Shown here: positions 1 through 8,547 of the stretch, piece after piece
Numbering within the stretch: position 1 is the first letter of the stretch
How the letters are laid out: every line of letters starts with the position of its first letter
Assembly: GCA_958351385.1 (NCBI GenBank)
Contig: CATWKM010000004.1
Coordinates: 236 to 64,235 of the forward strand
Length of the DNA stretch: 64,000 bases
Reading direction: 5' to 3'
From: an uncultured Collinsella sp.
GTDB taxonomy: Bacteria; Actinomycetota; Coriobacteriia; Coriobacteriales; Coriobacteriaceae
Notes under the pieces: model-generated
Databases searched by the model: none
The model's input: the letters and a program-made list of their open reading frames with translations, nothing else
Told to the model about the DNA's origin: nothing
Program-made: the position numbers and the translations under genes

Positions 1-243
1 AAAATAGACGCGGTGTTATCTGGGCATTTGGCACCAATTTACGACATTTCTTTATCGATTATTTACGCTGGTAGCTGACTCGCAGCCAATCGTCATTCGC
101 TTGTCAACAAAATTGGCATCTCTTTATGTCCTTTGCTATAGCGGATATGATTATTAACCCCTCCCCCAATTATTTTGAGTAATCGGCAAGGCAGTAGACG
201 TCCTTACTCCTCATGATTACCGCGCATTGCCATCCACCGGAGC

Positions 244-284
244 AAAACAAAAAGGGCGGGGCCTGCTGCGCTTGCAGGCCCCGC
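244..284 (-). terminator. Intrinsic terminator downstream of bilR
   Basis: 11-bp perfect stem GCGGGGCCTGC (256-266)/GCAGGCCCCGC (274-284). The A-run at 244-253 gives a U-tract on the minus strand. Confidence 0.7.
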
Positions 285-359
285 ACCGGTTGACACCCGA
301 CGGGACACAGCCGGGCGAGACGGATCCGTGCTACCGTCCCGCCTGGCCGCGATGTTCAG

Positions 360-2396
360 CTACAGCTCGTTGGCCGCATGATACGCCGTGCGAATGGCGC
401 TCGCGATGTCGGCGGTGCGCTCGCCCGAGCAGTCGCCCACGCAGGTCACGGGCACCGTCACGCCATCCAGGTCAAACGCGTTGGCCTTGGAGCCCACGGC
501 CATCACCACGTAATCGCAGGCGATCTTCACCGGCTCCTCGGCACCGTCCTCGGTGGTGTGCACGGCCTCCACGCCCTCGTCGGTAATGGCGGTCAGGCGG
601 GTCTTAACGTGCTGTTCCACGTTGTGGGCGGCAAAGTCGCTCATGATCAGCGGCAGAATGGTCTCGGACTCGCCAGCGGCAATCTTGTCGAGCATCTCGA
701 CAATCGCCACCTCGCAGCCGTGCTGCAGCAGGTACTCGGCAGTCTCGATACCCACCAGGCCACCGCCAATGACGGCGACGCGCCCGCTGAGCTCCACCTT
801 GCCGGCCAGCACGTCCCAGCTCGAGACGACCTTCTCCGAGTCGGCGCCCGGAACGGGGATGACCACGTCATGCGCGCCCACGGCCACAATCGCGGCGTCG
901 GCGGCGTTGAGGTCCGCGGGGCGAGCGGCATGGTTGAGCTCAACCTTCACGCCCAGGCCGGGCAGAATCTTCTCGTAGTACTCGACCGAGCGCATAATCT
1001 CATCCTTGCGCGGAGGCGCGGCCGCCAGCACAATCTGGCCGCCCAAGTGATCGCTCGCCTCATAGACGGTCACGTCGTAGCCGCGCTTGGCCGCCACGCG
1101 TGCGGCCTCCAGGCCGGCAATACCGCCGCCCACCACGGCGATCTTCTTGTCGCCCTCGCCCGGCTTAATGGCGATGGTCGCCTCGTCGCCGTTCTCGGCG
1201 TTGAGCACGCACGAGATGTACTTGCGGTTTTGAATCGCATCGACGCAGCCCTTGTTGCAGTTGAGGCACTCGCGGATGGGCTCGCCGGTCGCGGCCTTCA
1301 GCGCAATGTCGGGGTCGCACATGAGCGAGCGGCCATAGGCGATAATGTCGGCCGCGCCGTCCTCAAGAATCTTCTCGCCGGCCTCGACCGAAACAACACG
1401 GCCGACGGTGGCCACCGGCACGGAGACCAGGGCCTTGACGCGCTCGGCCACCGGCAGCGTCCAGTTGTAGGGCATGGCACCCATGGGCGGAATGGTGTCG
1501 CCCATGTTGCCGGTGTGGTTGGCCTGCGCGACCTGGATCATGTCGATGCCCGCGCCCTCGAGCAGCTTGGCGAACTCGCAGGCCTCGTCGGGCTGCAGGC
1601 CACCCTTGCCGCGCGGCGTGCCGTCGGGGTTCTCCATGATCACGGGGAGCTTGTACTCCACCATCAGCTGCGGCGCGGCTTCCTTAATGGCGGCGACGAC
1701 CTCGAGCGCATAGCGAACGCGGTTCTCGAACGAACCGCCGTACTCGTCGGTACGCTTGTTGAGGATGGCCGAACATAGCGAACCCACCAAGCGGTCGCCG
1801 TGGACCTCGATGGCGTCAATGCCGGCCTGCTGCGCGCGAGCGGCCGAGGCGGCGATGGCCTCCTTGATCTGGGTGAGCTGCTCTACGCTCGCCTCGTTCA
1901 CAAAGTGCTGCATATCGTGGTGCAACTTGGCGTAGGCCTGCTTGCGGATCTCGTTGGACTCGGCCATCTTGGCGGCAAAGGTCTCCTCGTCGCCGGCGGC
2001 CTTGGCCTCCTGCGCGGCCTTGGCGGCGGCCATGGAACCCATGACCATGCGGCCGACACCGGGCACGTCGTACTCGGGGTGGAACAGCTGCAGCGCGACC
2101 TTGGCGCCGTGCTTGTGAACGGCGTCGGCCAGCGCCTTAAACGTGGGGATCTGGGCGTCGGTCGCTAACTTGGGCGTGGGGCTTGCGGTCATAACAGGAG
2201 CAACGTCGCCGATGACGATGTAGCTCACGCCGCCACGGGCCAGGCGCTCGTAAAAAGCCAGGCTGCGCTCGCCAATGGAACCGTCGCGCTCCTCGTAGCC
2301 GGTGGTCAGCGGCGGGAACATAATGCGGTTTTTAAGCTCAAGGGGGCCAACCGTAATGGGCTGGAGCAGTTTGGATGCGGGTGCGGTCATGGACAT
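360..2396 (-). CDS. bilR: Bilirubin reductase, long form (Old Yellow Enzyme TIM barrel + 4Fe-4S + FAD/NAD(P)-binding domains)
   Basis: N-terminus KNRIMFPPLTTGYE…SPTPKL…LQLFHPEYDV, EVHGDR motif, CLNCNKGC…C Fe-S motif, two GxGxxG motifs (VVGGGIAG, VIGGGLVG), RBS AGAGAGGA. Confidence 0.85.
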   Translation of the reverse strand: MSMTAPASKLLQPITVGPLELKNRIMFPPLTTGYEERDGSIGERSLAFYERLARGGVSYIVIGDVAPVMTASPTPKLATDAQIPTFKALADAVHKHGAKVALQLFHPEYDVPGVGRMVMGSMAAAKAAQEAKAAGDEETFAAKMAESNEIRKQAYAKLHHDMQHFVNEASVEQLTQIKEAIAASAARAQQAGIDAIEVHGDRLVGSLCSAILNKRTDEYGGSFENRVRYALEVVAAIKEAAPQLMVEYKLPVIMENPDGTPRGKGGLQPDEACEFAKLLEGAGIDMIQVAQANHTGNMGDTIPPMGAMPYNWTLPVAERVKALVSVPVATVGRVVSVEAGEKILEDGAADIIAYGRSLMCDPDIALKAATGEPIRECLNCNKGCVDAIQNRKYISCVLNAENGDEATIAIKPGEGDKKIAVVGGGIAGLEAARVAAKRGYDVTVYEASDHLGGQIVLAAAPPRKDEIMRSVEYYEKILPGLGVKVELNHAARPADLNAADAAIVAVGAHDVVIPVPGADSEKVVSSWDVLAGKVELSGRVAVIGGGLVGIETAEYLLQHGCEVAIVEMLDKIAAGESETILPLIMSDFAAHNVEQHVKTRLTAITDEGVEAVHTTEDGAEEPVKIACDYVVMAVGSKANAFDLDGVTVPVTCVGDCSGERTADIASAIRTAYHAANEL

Positions 2397-2532
2397 TCCT
2401 CTCTTGTAGGCGCGGCGGCGATGTTGCCGCGTAGTTGTCTAGAGGATATGACATGGGAGCACGGCGACGCAACGGAAATCGGCAGATAGCAGGTAGCGGC
2501 AGGTGGATGGGGCAGGGCGGCCCGTCGGTTTG

Positions 2533-2828
2533 TCTCGATCTGTAACAGTTAGGCCCACTTTTGGCCTCCACCTGTTACAGATCGAGACAAACCAACCCGG
2601 ACAGCTAGAACATCTAAATCTGTAACAGCTACCCGGCAAAATCCGTCCCTCGTGTCACAGATTCAGATAAGCGGAGCCCGGCTGCCGAAAAATCTCGTTC
2701 TGTAACATCTATCGGCCAAAAACGGCCCCACGTGTTACAGATCAAGACATTCCCCTCAGCCCATCCTCAACAATCTCAATCTGTAACATCTAGGCCCACT
2801 TTTGACCCCTACCCGTTACAGATTGAGA
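2533..2828. repeat. Array A: 8 copies of a 15-bp motif in alternating orientation, 40-41-bp period
   Basis: Forward TCTCRATCTGTAACA-like copies at 2533, 2613, 2693, 2774. Reverse TGTTACAGATYGAGA-like copies at 2573, 2653, 2733, 2814. Spacers are 25-26 nt. Confidence 0.95.
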
Positions 2829-2876
2829 TTTTGTTTGAGATTTGCCGAGGGACTATATCCACGCGTCATCGAAGCC

Positions 2877-2938
2877 ACTGCGACAGAAGTGCGACATTAC
2901 TGCGACAGAGGTGCGACATTACTGCGACAGAGGTGCGA
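2877..2938. repeat. Tandem 22-bp direct repeat x2.8 with an 11-bp TGCGACA sub-period
   Basis: ACTGCGACAGARGTGCGACATT at 2877, 2899 and 2921 (partial). Confidence 0.9.
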
Positions 2939-2953
2939 AATAGATCGACCACC

Positions 2954-4396
2954 TTACCTTATCGTGTAGAACTGTTTTGGGTCGTTATGGGATGAGCCGT
3001 GCCATTCGAGCAGCCCGTCTTCCTCAATTAACTTACCAAGCACCCGGCTTGCTGTGCGGCGATTTCTCCCGATGTGCGCTGCAAGCTCCCTTGCTGTCAC
3101 CCTTCCGTTCGCAAAGGCCAGCCTGACGGCGGCGAGCTCATACTCCCCCAATGAGGCGATCACCTCCGGTGATACCTTGTCCTCGAGAGCCTCGCTTCTC
3201 CTTACGGTTCTGGCAACGATATTGTTCTCAAGCGTTAGCTGAACCCTTGCCCCATCAGGTTCCGTGTAGACCGGATCATTGAGCAGAGAGTTTTGCATCT
3301 CGGTATAAATGCGCTTGACGCCCTCGTTTAGCTCCCGAACCCAACCAAATTCAACCAGCGTGCGCGCGATGCGTGGGTTGCGCGAGTAACGAGTGGTCCT
3401 CATGTTGTCGAGCGTCACGATATTGGGAAGCGCGCCTGGACTGATGATTTCCAAACGGTCGTCGAACATCGAGACCCGGATGTAGTCGCCGCGGAACGAG
3501 TAGTCGCGATGTGTCACCGCGTTGACCAAGCCCTCGAACCAGGCGAACTCAGGATACTCAGGCACGGTCTGGAATTTCCCGTCGGGCCCCAGGAACTGAA
3601 ATTCGCGGAGCATGCTCGAGATGAGTTCGTAGGCGTCTTGGATCACCTTAGGCAGCGGCCCACAGAAGCTTCGTTCTTTCGTGATGTTGAGACGCTCGCC
3701 CGTCTCCATTTTGACGCCGTCGTAGCGCAGGACACGGACTCGCGCCTGTGGCATCATCGCGGACGGATCCAGCGCGAATAGCAGGGCTCCAGCAACGGTC
3801 AGCTTTCCGTCACGCATAAAACGACGACTTCTAAGGACCTGCTCGTCGGAAACTTCGGTTCCAAGAATCCCTTTGTAGCGATCAAGCACTTCATGGTCCA
3901 CGTCATCTAGGGAGGAATCCTCAACAAGCTCGTCCTCGAAGATTCTCTGCCCCTTATCGTACTCGAGGGCAAATACCTGTTCGCGGCTGAGCCTCACGCT
4001 CTTGTCGTCCTGCCGCAAGAAAACCTCGCCGTCGCTCACGCGAGCAACAGAGTGGTTGGTCGAGGCATCGATGTCCAAAACGAGAACGAAGTCCTCCTCG
4101 CCCGAAGAATTGACCACGGGGATTCGGTCTTTGCGGACAATAGGGGTTGGCGTGCAAGTCGTGAGCGCAGCGCGCTCGAATTTCTCAATGTCGCGCGCGC
4201 CGTTACGCTTGAAGCCCGTTACCTCACCATTATCCTCGATACCGATAACGAGCTTGCCTCCCGCCGAGTTGGCGAATGCACTAATATGCTTCGCAATCTC
4301 CTTGTCATCCTTGCGGGCGCTCTTTCGATCGAAGTACTGATTCTCCCTGAGAGTGGAAAATAGAATCACATCGTTTGTCGCAATGGGTTGCTGCAT
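2954..4396 (-). CDS. Schlafen/AlbA_2-domain protein with RecG-C-terminal-like (HATPase_c_4) domain and C-terminal winged HTH
   Basis: ENQYFDRKS…IAKHISAFANSAGGKLVIGIED (AlbA_2); EGLVNAVTHRDY, DDRLEIISPG, SRNPRIA (HATPase_c_4); C-terminal HTH-like VTARELAAHIGRNRRTASRVL. Start placed at ATG 4396 after RBS AAGGAGG. Confidence 0.85.
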   Translation of the reverse strand: MQQPIATNDVILFSTLRENQYFDRKSARKDDKEIAKHISAFANSAGGKLVIGIEDNGEVTGFKRNGARDIEKFERAALTTCTPTPIVRKDRIPVVNSSGEEDFVLVLDIDASTNHSVARVSDGEVFLRQDDKSVRLSREQVFALEYDKGQRIFEDELVEDSSLDDVDHEVLDRYKGILGTEVSDEQVLRSRRFMRDGKLTVAGALLFALDPSAMMPQARVRVLRYDGVKMETGERLNITKERSFCGPLPKVIQDAYELISSMLREFQFLGPDGKFQTVPEYPEFAWFEGLVNAVTHRDYSFRGDYIRVSMFDDRLEIISPGALPNIVTLDNMRTTRYSRNPRIARTLVEFGWVRELNEGVKRIYTEMQNSLLNDPVYTEPDGARVQLTLENNIVARTVRRSEALEDKVSPEVIASLGEYELAAVRLAFANGRVTARELAAHIGRNRRTASRVLGKLIEEDGLLEWHGSSHNDPKQFYTIR

Positions 4397-4653
4397 TGCC
4401 GCCTCCTTACATGGCTCCATAAAGAAGTGTAAGTCAAAGGCATCGTATAGACGGCCCCTACATAGCGGCCCCTTTATTGTTTTTAAGACGTCACTGTTTC
4501 TAGTTAAGGATCGTTAAGGGTCGTCGCAGCTCCTTCCAATTGGAGTCTATCAATCGACAAGTCAATCCATCCGGCCCGTGATTATCGATAGCCCGTCCGC
4601 CTCACATAATAAAAAGAGTCAAGATTCACTCATAAAGGAGAGCAACAACAAAA

Positions 4654-4789
4654 TCTCAATCTGTAACAACAACTCGGCAAAATCCGTCCCTCGTGTTACA
4701 GATTTAGACAAACGGGACCCAACCCACCGGTATATCTCGATCTGTAACACCTGGCCGCCCAAATCGGGTCTAGATGTTACAGATCGAGA
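4654..4789. repeat. Array B: 4 copies of the same 15-bp alternating motif
   Basis: Forward copies at 4654 and 4735, reverse copies at 4694 and 4775; spacers 25/26/25 nt. Confidence 0.95.
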
Positions 4790-4839
4790 TTTTGTTTGAG
4801 ATGTTGGGAATTGGGCTGAGAGAACAGTCCCGGAATAAC

Positions 4840-4869
4840 AAAAAAGCTCGCCGGCTAGGCCGACGAGCT
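4840..4869 (-). terminator. Terminator downstream of tRNA-Met
   Basis: AGCTCG(C)CGGC-TAG-GCCG(A)CGAGCT hairpin preceded by an A-run on the plus strand. Confidence 0.65.
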
Positions 4870-4878
4870 GCAAGTTCT

Positions 4879-4955
4879 TGGTCGCGGGGGCAGGATTTGA
4901 ACCTACGACCTCCGGGTTATGAGCCCGGCGAGCTACCAGACTGCTCCACCCCGCA
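4879..4955 (-). tRNA. tRNA-Met(CAT), initiator type
   Basis: Reverse complement TGCGGGGTGGAGCAGTCTGGTAGCTCGCCGGGCTCATAACCCGGAGGTCGTAGGTTCAAATCCTGCCCCCGCGACCA: 77 nt, CAT anticodon, three consecutive G-C pairs in the anticodon stem, encoded CCA. Confidence 0.95.
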
Positions 4956-5152
4956 ATGTCTGGGCGCCTCATGTGCGCAAGAAAGAATATTACGTGGGAG
5001 TTCGGTAAACGGCAAGGAAAATCTCGTAGAGCATAATTCCTTCATATTTAAAACCTCTCAGCCCATATCGCCGTGAACGAATCGCAGCCGAGCGCCGCCG
5101 ACGGCACGTATACAATGGTGCGCGTCCTTTTACGCCGACACCGGGAGTAGAC

Positions 5153-5926
5153 ATGCTGCTCGCTATCGATATGGGAAACACGCAGACGGCCATGGGCCTG
5201 TTTGACGGAGACGAGCTGGTGCAGTCGTGGCGCATGCCCACCGACCGCTCCTATACCGCCGACGAGATCCATGTGCGCCTGATGGGCTTCTTTAAGATGC
5301 ACGACCTCTCGCTCGACGCGGTCGACGCGATCGCCTTCGCCGGCGTGGTGCCGCAGCTCTCGCGCGAGTGGCACACTGTGGCCGACCGCATCGCGGCAGA
5401 CGCCATCGTTATCGGGCCGCAGACGGCCGCGGTGACCAAACTGCGCGCGGCGCGCCCCCAGGCCGTAGGTGCCGACCGCGTCGCCAACGCCGTTGCGGCC
5501 GAGACTTTCTACGGCGCGCCGGCAATCGTGGTGGACTTTGGCACCGCGACCAATATCGACGTCATCGATGAGGACGGCTATTACATTGGCGGAGCGATCG
5601 CGCCGGGCATCCGCATCTCCATGGACGCACTTGCCGCCCGTGCCGCCAAGCTCGCCAGCGTGCCGCTCGAGGCGCCCGAGCACGCCATCGGCCGCGACAC
5701 CGAGGAATGCATCAAGGTCGGCGCCGTGATGGGCGCCGCCTCCATGGCCGAAGGCCTGGTCGCTCGCATGAAGCGCGAGCTGGGCCGCGAGGACGCCACC
5801 GTTATCGCCACAGGCGGTCTCGCCGGCATCGTCGCCGATTCGACCGATGCCTTCGACGTGGTCGACGGGCAGCTCACCATCAAAGGCATCTGCGAAATCT
5901 ACCGCCGCATGCAGAAGCTGGGGTAA
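5153..5926 (+). CDS. coaX: Type III pantothenate kinase
   Basis: LAIDMGNT, VGADRVAN, VVDFGTAT, GGAIAPG, IATGG motifs. Confidence 0.95.
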   Translation: MLLAIDMGNTQTAMGLFDGDELVQSWRMPTDRSYTADEIHVRLMGFFKMHDLSLDAVDAIAFAGVVPQLSREWHTVADRIAADAIVIGPQTAAVTKLRAARPQAVGADRVANAVAAETFYGAPAIVVDFGTATNIDVIDEDGYYIGGAIAPGIRISMDALAARAAKLASVPLEAPEHAIGRDTEECIKVGAVMGAASMAEGLVARMKRELGREDATVIATGGLAGIVADSTDAFDVVDGQLTIKGICEIYRRMQKLG

Positions 5927-5974
5927 GGCGGGGTTTAAGTCGAGCGCGAGCGGCGAACTAGGCAACGCATCGGT

Positions 5975-6017
5975 CCTATTCCTCAAAAACGAAAATTTTT
6001 CGGTTTTGAGGAATAGG
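5975..6017. repeat. AT-rich near-perfect palindrome between convergent genes (possible bidirectional terminator)
   Basis: CCTATTCCTCAAAA-A-CGAAAA-T-TTTTCG-G-TTTTGAGGAATAGG. Confidence 0.6.
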
Positions 6018-6114
6018 GCGCCGGCAACCCATTCCCCAAACAAGCGAAACCCTCCCCGGCACAGCCGAGGAGGGTCTTGTTGTCATCGCTATCTTTGAGC
6101 GCGGGCGCCTCGCG

Positions 6115-6816
6115 TTACAGCCCGCGAATGCGCACGGCCTCGGGCGGAAACTCCTGCTCGCCGGCATCGGTCTTGATGGTCGCGCGACCCCAGATGTCCA
6201 GGCCCGCAAACACACCGACCGCAAGCGGCAAGCCGCTGGGCGACACCGCCGCGACCTGACGACCCAGCAGTGGCACCATATCGAAGTACTCACCCAGCAC
6301 CGGAGCCAGCGGGCCGGCAGCGCCCTGCGGCGTGTTGGCGGCAACCGCCCAGGCGTCAACGCGGGTCAGCACAGCGGCGGCCAATGCCTCGATCAGCGCC
6401 TCATCTGCCATATCCACGCCAAGCTCACCCAGCGCCGCACGCTCAATATCAACCGTCACCGCGGCAAACATGCCCGCAGCACCGGCACCGCCGTTCACGG
6501 CAACACGCGCGAGCGACGTCTCAAACGCAGGCGCACCGCACACGATATCGCTCGGCCACTGGATACCAACTTTACCGGCAAGGCCCAACCCCGGCGTCGA
6601 AGCCGTGCCCACGAGCGCGTCCATCATGCCCATCGCGGCCACAAACGGCAGGCCGTGGATGGCGTGCATGTTCACATCGGGGCGCACGACCAGCGAAAAC
6701 GTCAGCGAAGCATCGCCCACGCTCCACGCGCACCAGCCCGCGGACACGCCCTCGCGGCCCGCGTCGCGCGCCGCGTCGAGCTCGGTGCCAGCGGCAACAG
6801 CATTCATCTCGATCAT
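6115..6816 (-). CDS. Degenerate biotin-protein ligase (BirA/BPL)-like protein
   Basis: SLTFSLVVRP; IQWPSDI resembling KWPND; C-terminal LGRQV…GLDIWGRATI resembling the BPL_C domain. Confidence 0.6.
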   Translation of the reverse strand: MIEMNAVAAGTELDAARDAGREGVSAGWCAWSVGDASLTFSLVVRPDVNMHAIHGLPFVAAMGMMDALVGTASTPGLGLAGKVGIQWPSDIVCGAPAFETSLARVAVNGGAGAAGMFAAVTVDIERAALGELGVDMADEALIEALAAAVLTRVDAWAVAANTPQGAAGPLAPVLGEYFDMVPLLGRQVAAVSPSGLPLAVGVFAGLDIWGRATIKTDAGEQEFPPEAVRIRGL

Positions 6817-8547
6817 CTACATACGCCCCAATTCGCCCACGATATGGCCCACGCGATCCTCGGGCTCCTTGACCTCGACGCCGTTGTAGTGGAAGAACCG
6901 CGCCGGGTCGTGCATCAGATCCTCGAGCGGCACCAGCACAAAGTCACGCTCGCCGATCAGCGGATGCGGCAGGCGCAGCTTTTTGCCGCCGTGGGTCTCG
7001 CCGTCCATCCACAGCAGGTCCAAGTCGATGGTGCGCGGACCGTTGGCCTTGGCCTTTTTGGAGCGGTCGCGACCCAGCTCGGCCTCGATCTTCATGAGCT
7101 CGTCGAGCAGCACCAACGGCGCCAGCTCGGTCTTAATCTCGATGACGGCGTTGGCAAACGCGTCCTGGTGCGTCTCGTAGGCCGGCTCGCTCTCGTAGAT
7201 CTTGGAGGAGTTGGACACGCAGGTGAGTGGAATCTCGGCGATCATGTCGCGTGCGGCGCGGATGTTGTCACAGCGATGCCCCAGGTTGGAGCCCACGGCC
7301 ACAAACGCACGGCGCGGCTGCGGCTTGGCAACCGCCCAGTAGCCGTTCAGGAACTGCGCAAAGCCCGCGGCGTCGTGCACGCGCACGATGTTGGCGCCGG
7401 CCTGGATGGCGCCCAGGCACACGCCAAACGTAGCGGCATCGCGCTCGGCGGCCTCAGTCACGCCCGAGACGGCGCCCACAAAGCGCTTGCGCGATACGGC
7501 GCACATGAGCGGATAGCCCAGTGACGCCATCTTGGCAGTCTCGCGCTGGATGACGATGTCCTCGTTAGCCGACTTACCAAAGCCCGGGCCAGGATCGATG
7601 CAGATGCGGTCGCGCGACACGCCGGCGTGGATAAGCGCGCGGGCCTGGTCGGACAGAAAGCCCATGACGCGGCGCATGATGGGCGCCGAATCGGGCAGGG
7701 TGAAGCGGCGGAGCTGCGAGGTGGGCACGTAGGCTTCCTCGCGGCGGGCGCTGCGGCGCATCATGGCGGCCAGGCGGTCATTGGACTCCGATGCGGCCTC
7801 GGTGGCCTCGGGCGCGGGCGCGACGGTCTCGGCGGCAGCAGCCTGCTCGGCGGCCGGCGTCTCCTGCTCGCTTGCAGGCTCGGTCGCGGGCTCAGGTTCG
7901 CCAAACGGCAACGAGGGCTGCACCACGCCGCCCGGAAGCTTGGTCTCCGGCTTAGGCTCGCCCAGCAACTTGCCGCGACGGCGGCGAGCCGGCTTCTCGG
8001 CCTCACGCGCGGCCTCGGCAGCCGCCTCGCGCGCCTTCTCGGCAACAAACGCCGCGGCCGAGGTATCGAGCTGCACCGTCGCGTGCGTACGAGCGGGAGC
8101 GGCGACCTCGCCGGCATGCATCACAATGACGCCGCAGGTGCTCGTCTTAACAAACTCGACCATCTTGGAGTCGGTGAAGCCGGTCACGTCGTTGACGATC
8201 GAGGCGCCGCAGCGCACGGCCGCCTTAGCAACCGCCACGTGGCGCGTGTCGATCGAGACGATGGCGCCCTCTTTGGCCAGCGCGCGCACCACGGGCAGCA
8301 CGCGGCGAGCCTCCTCATCGGGATTGACCGGGGTAAATCCGGGGCGCGTGGACTCGCCGCCCACGTCGATGATGTCGGCGCCGGCGTCGAGCATCGCCAG
8401 GCCGTACTCGATGGCGGCATCCGGGTCGAAATGCTCCCCGCCATCGCTAAACGAATCGGGCGTCACGTTGAGGACGCCCATGATGCGCGGACGGTCAAAG
8501 CTGAGCTCATACTTTCCGCACCGCCATGTCTTGCTATCGTTCGCCAT
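6817..8547 (-). CDS. folP: Bifunctional dihydropteroate synthase / HPPK (FolP-FolK fusion) with an internal low-complexity insertion
   Basis: MGVLNVTPDSFSDGG, IDVGGESTRPG, DPGPGFGK, SRKRF, IVRVHD, followed by VGSNLG, FANAV, GPRTIDLDLL, LPHP…RDFVLVPL. Confidence 0.92.
   Translation of the reverse strand: MANDSKTWRCGKYELSFDRPRIMGVLNVTPDSFSDGGEHFDPDAAIEYGLAMLDAGADIIDVGGESTRPGFTPVNPDEEARRVLPVVRALAKEGAIVSIDTRHVAVAKAAVRCGASIVNDVTGFTDSKMVEFVKTSTCGVIVMHAGEVAAPARTHATVQLDTSAAAFVAEKAREAAAEAAREAEKPARRRRGKLLGEPKPETKLPGGVVQPSLPFGEPEPATEPASEQETPAAEQAAAAETVAPAPEATEAASESNDRLAAMMRRSARREEAYVPTSQLRRFTLPDSAPIMRRVMGFLSDQARALIHAGVSRDRICIDPGPGFGKSANEDIVIQRETAKMASLGYPLMCAVSRKRFVGAVSGVTEAAERDAATFGVCLGAIQAGANIVRVHDAAGFAQFLNGYWAVAKPQPRRAFVAVGSNLGHRCDNIRAARDMIAEIPLTCVSNSSKIYESEPAYETHQDAFANAVIEIKTELAPLVLLDELMKIEAELGRDRSKKAKANGPRTIDLDLLWMDGETHGGKKLRLPHPLIGERDFVLVPLEDLMHDPARFFHYNGVEVKEPEDRVGHIVGELGRM

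Noticed and set aside
1..226. AT-rich window start as a gene or element end
   Set aside because: No supportable ORF or motif; context lies outside the window.
2533..2828. CRISPR array interpretation of the repeat/spacer arrays
   Set aside because: The repeats are only 15 bp, alternate in orientation and are degenerate. Spacers recur between arrays, and no cas genes are in the window.
2338..2995. Short ORFs with LQIE/SVT peptide repeats (also 4578-5076 and 25514-25789)
   Set aside because: These are translations of the DNA repeats. The 40/80-bp period is not a multiple of 3, and there is no RBS or codon bias.
2815..4955. Classical tRNA-integrated island or prophage
   Set aside because: No integrase, and I found no duplicated tRNA 3' end (att site).
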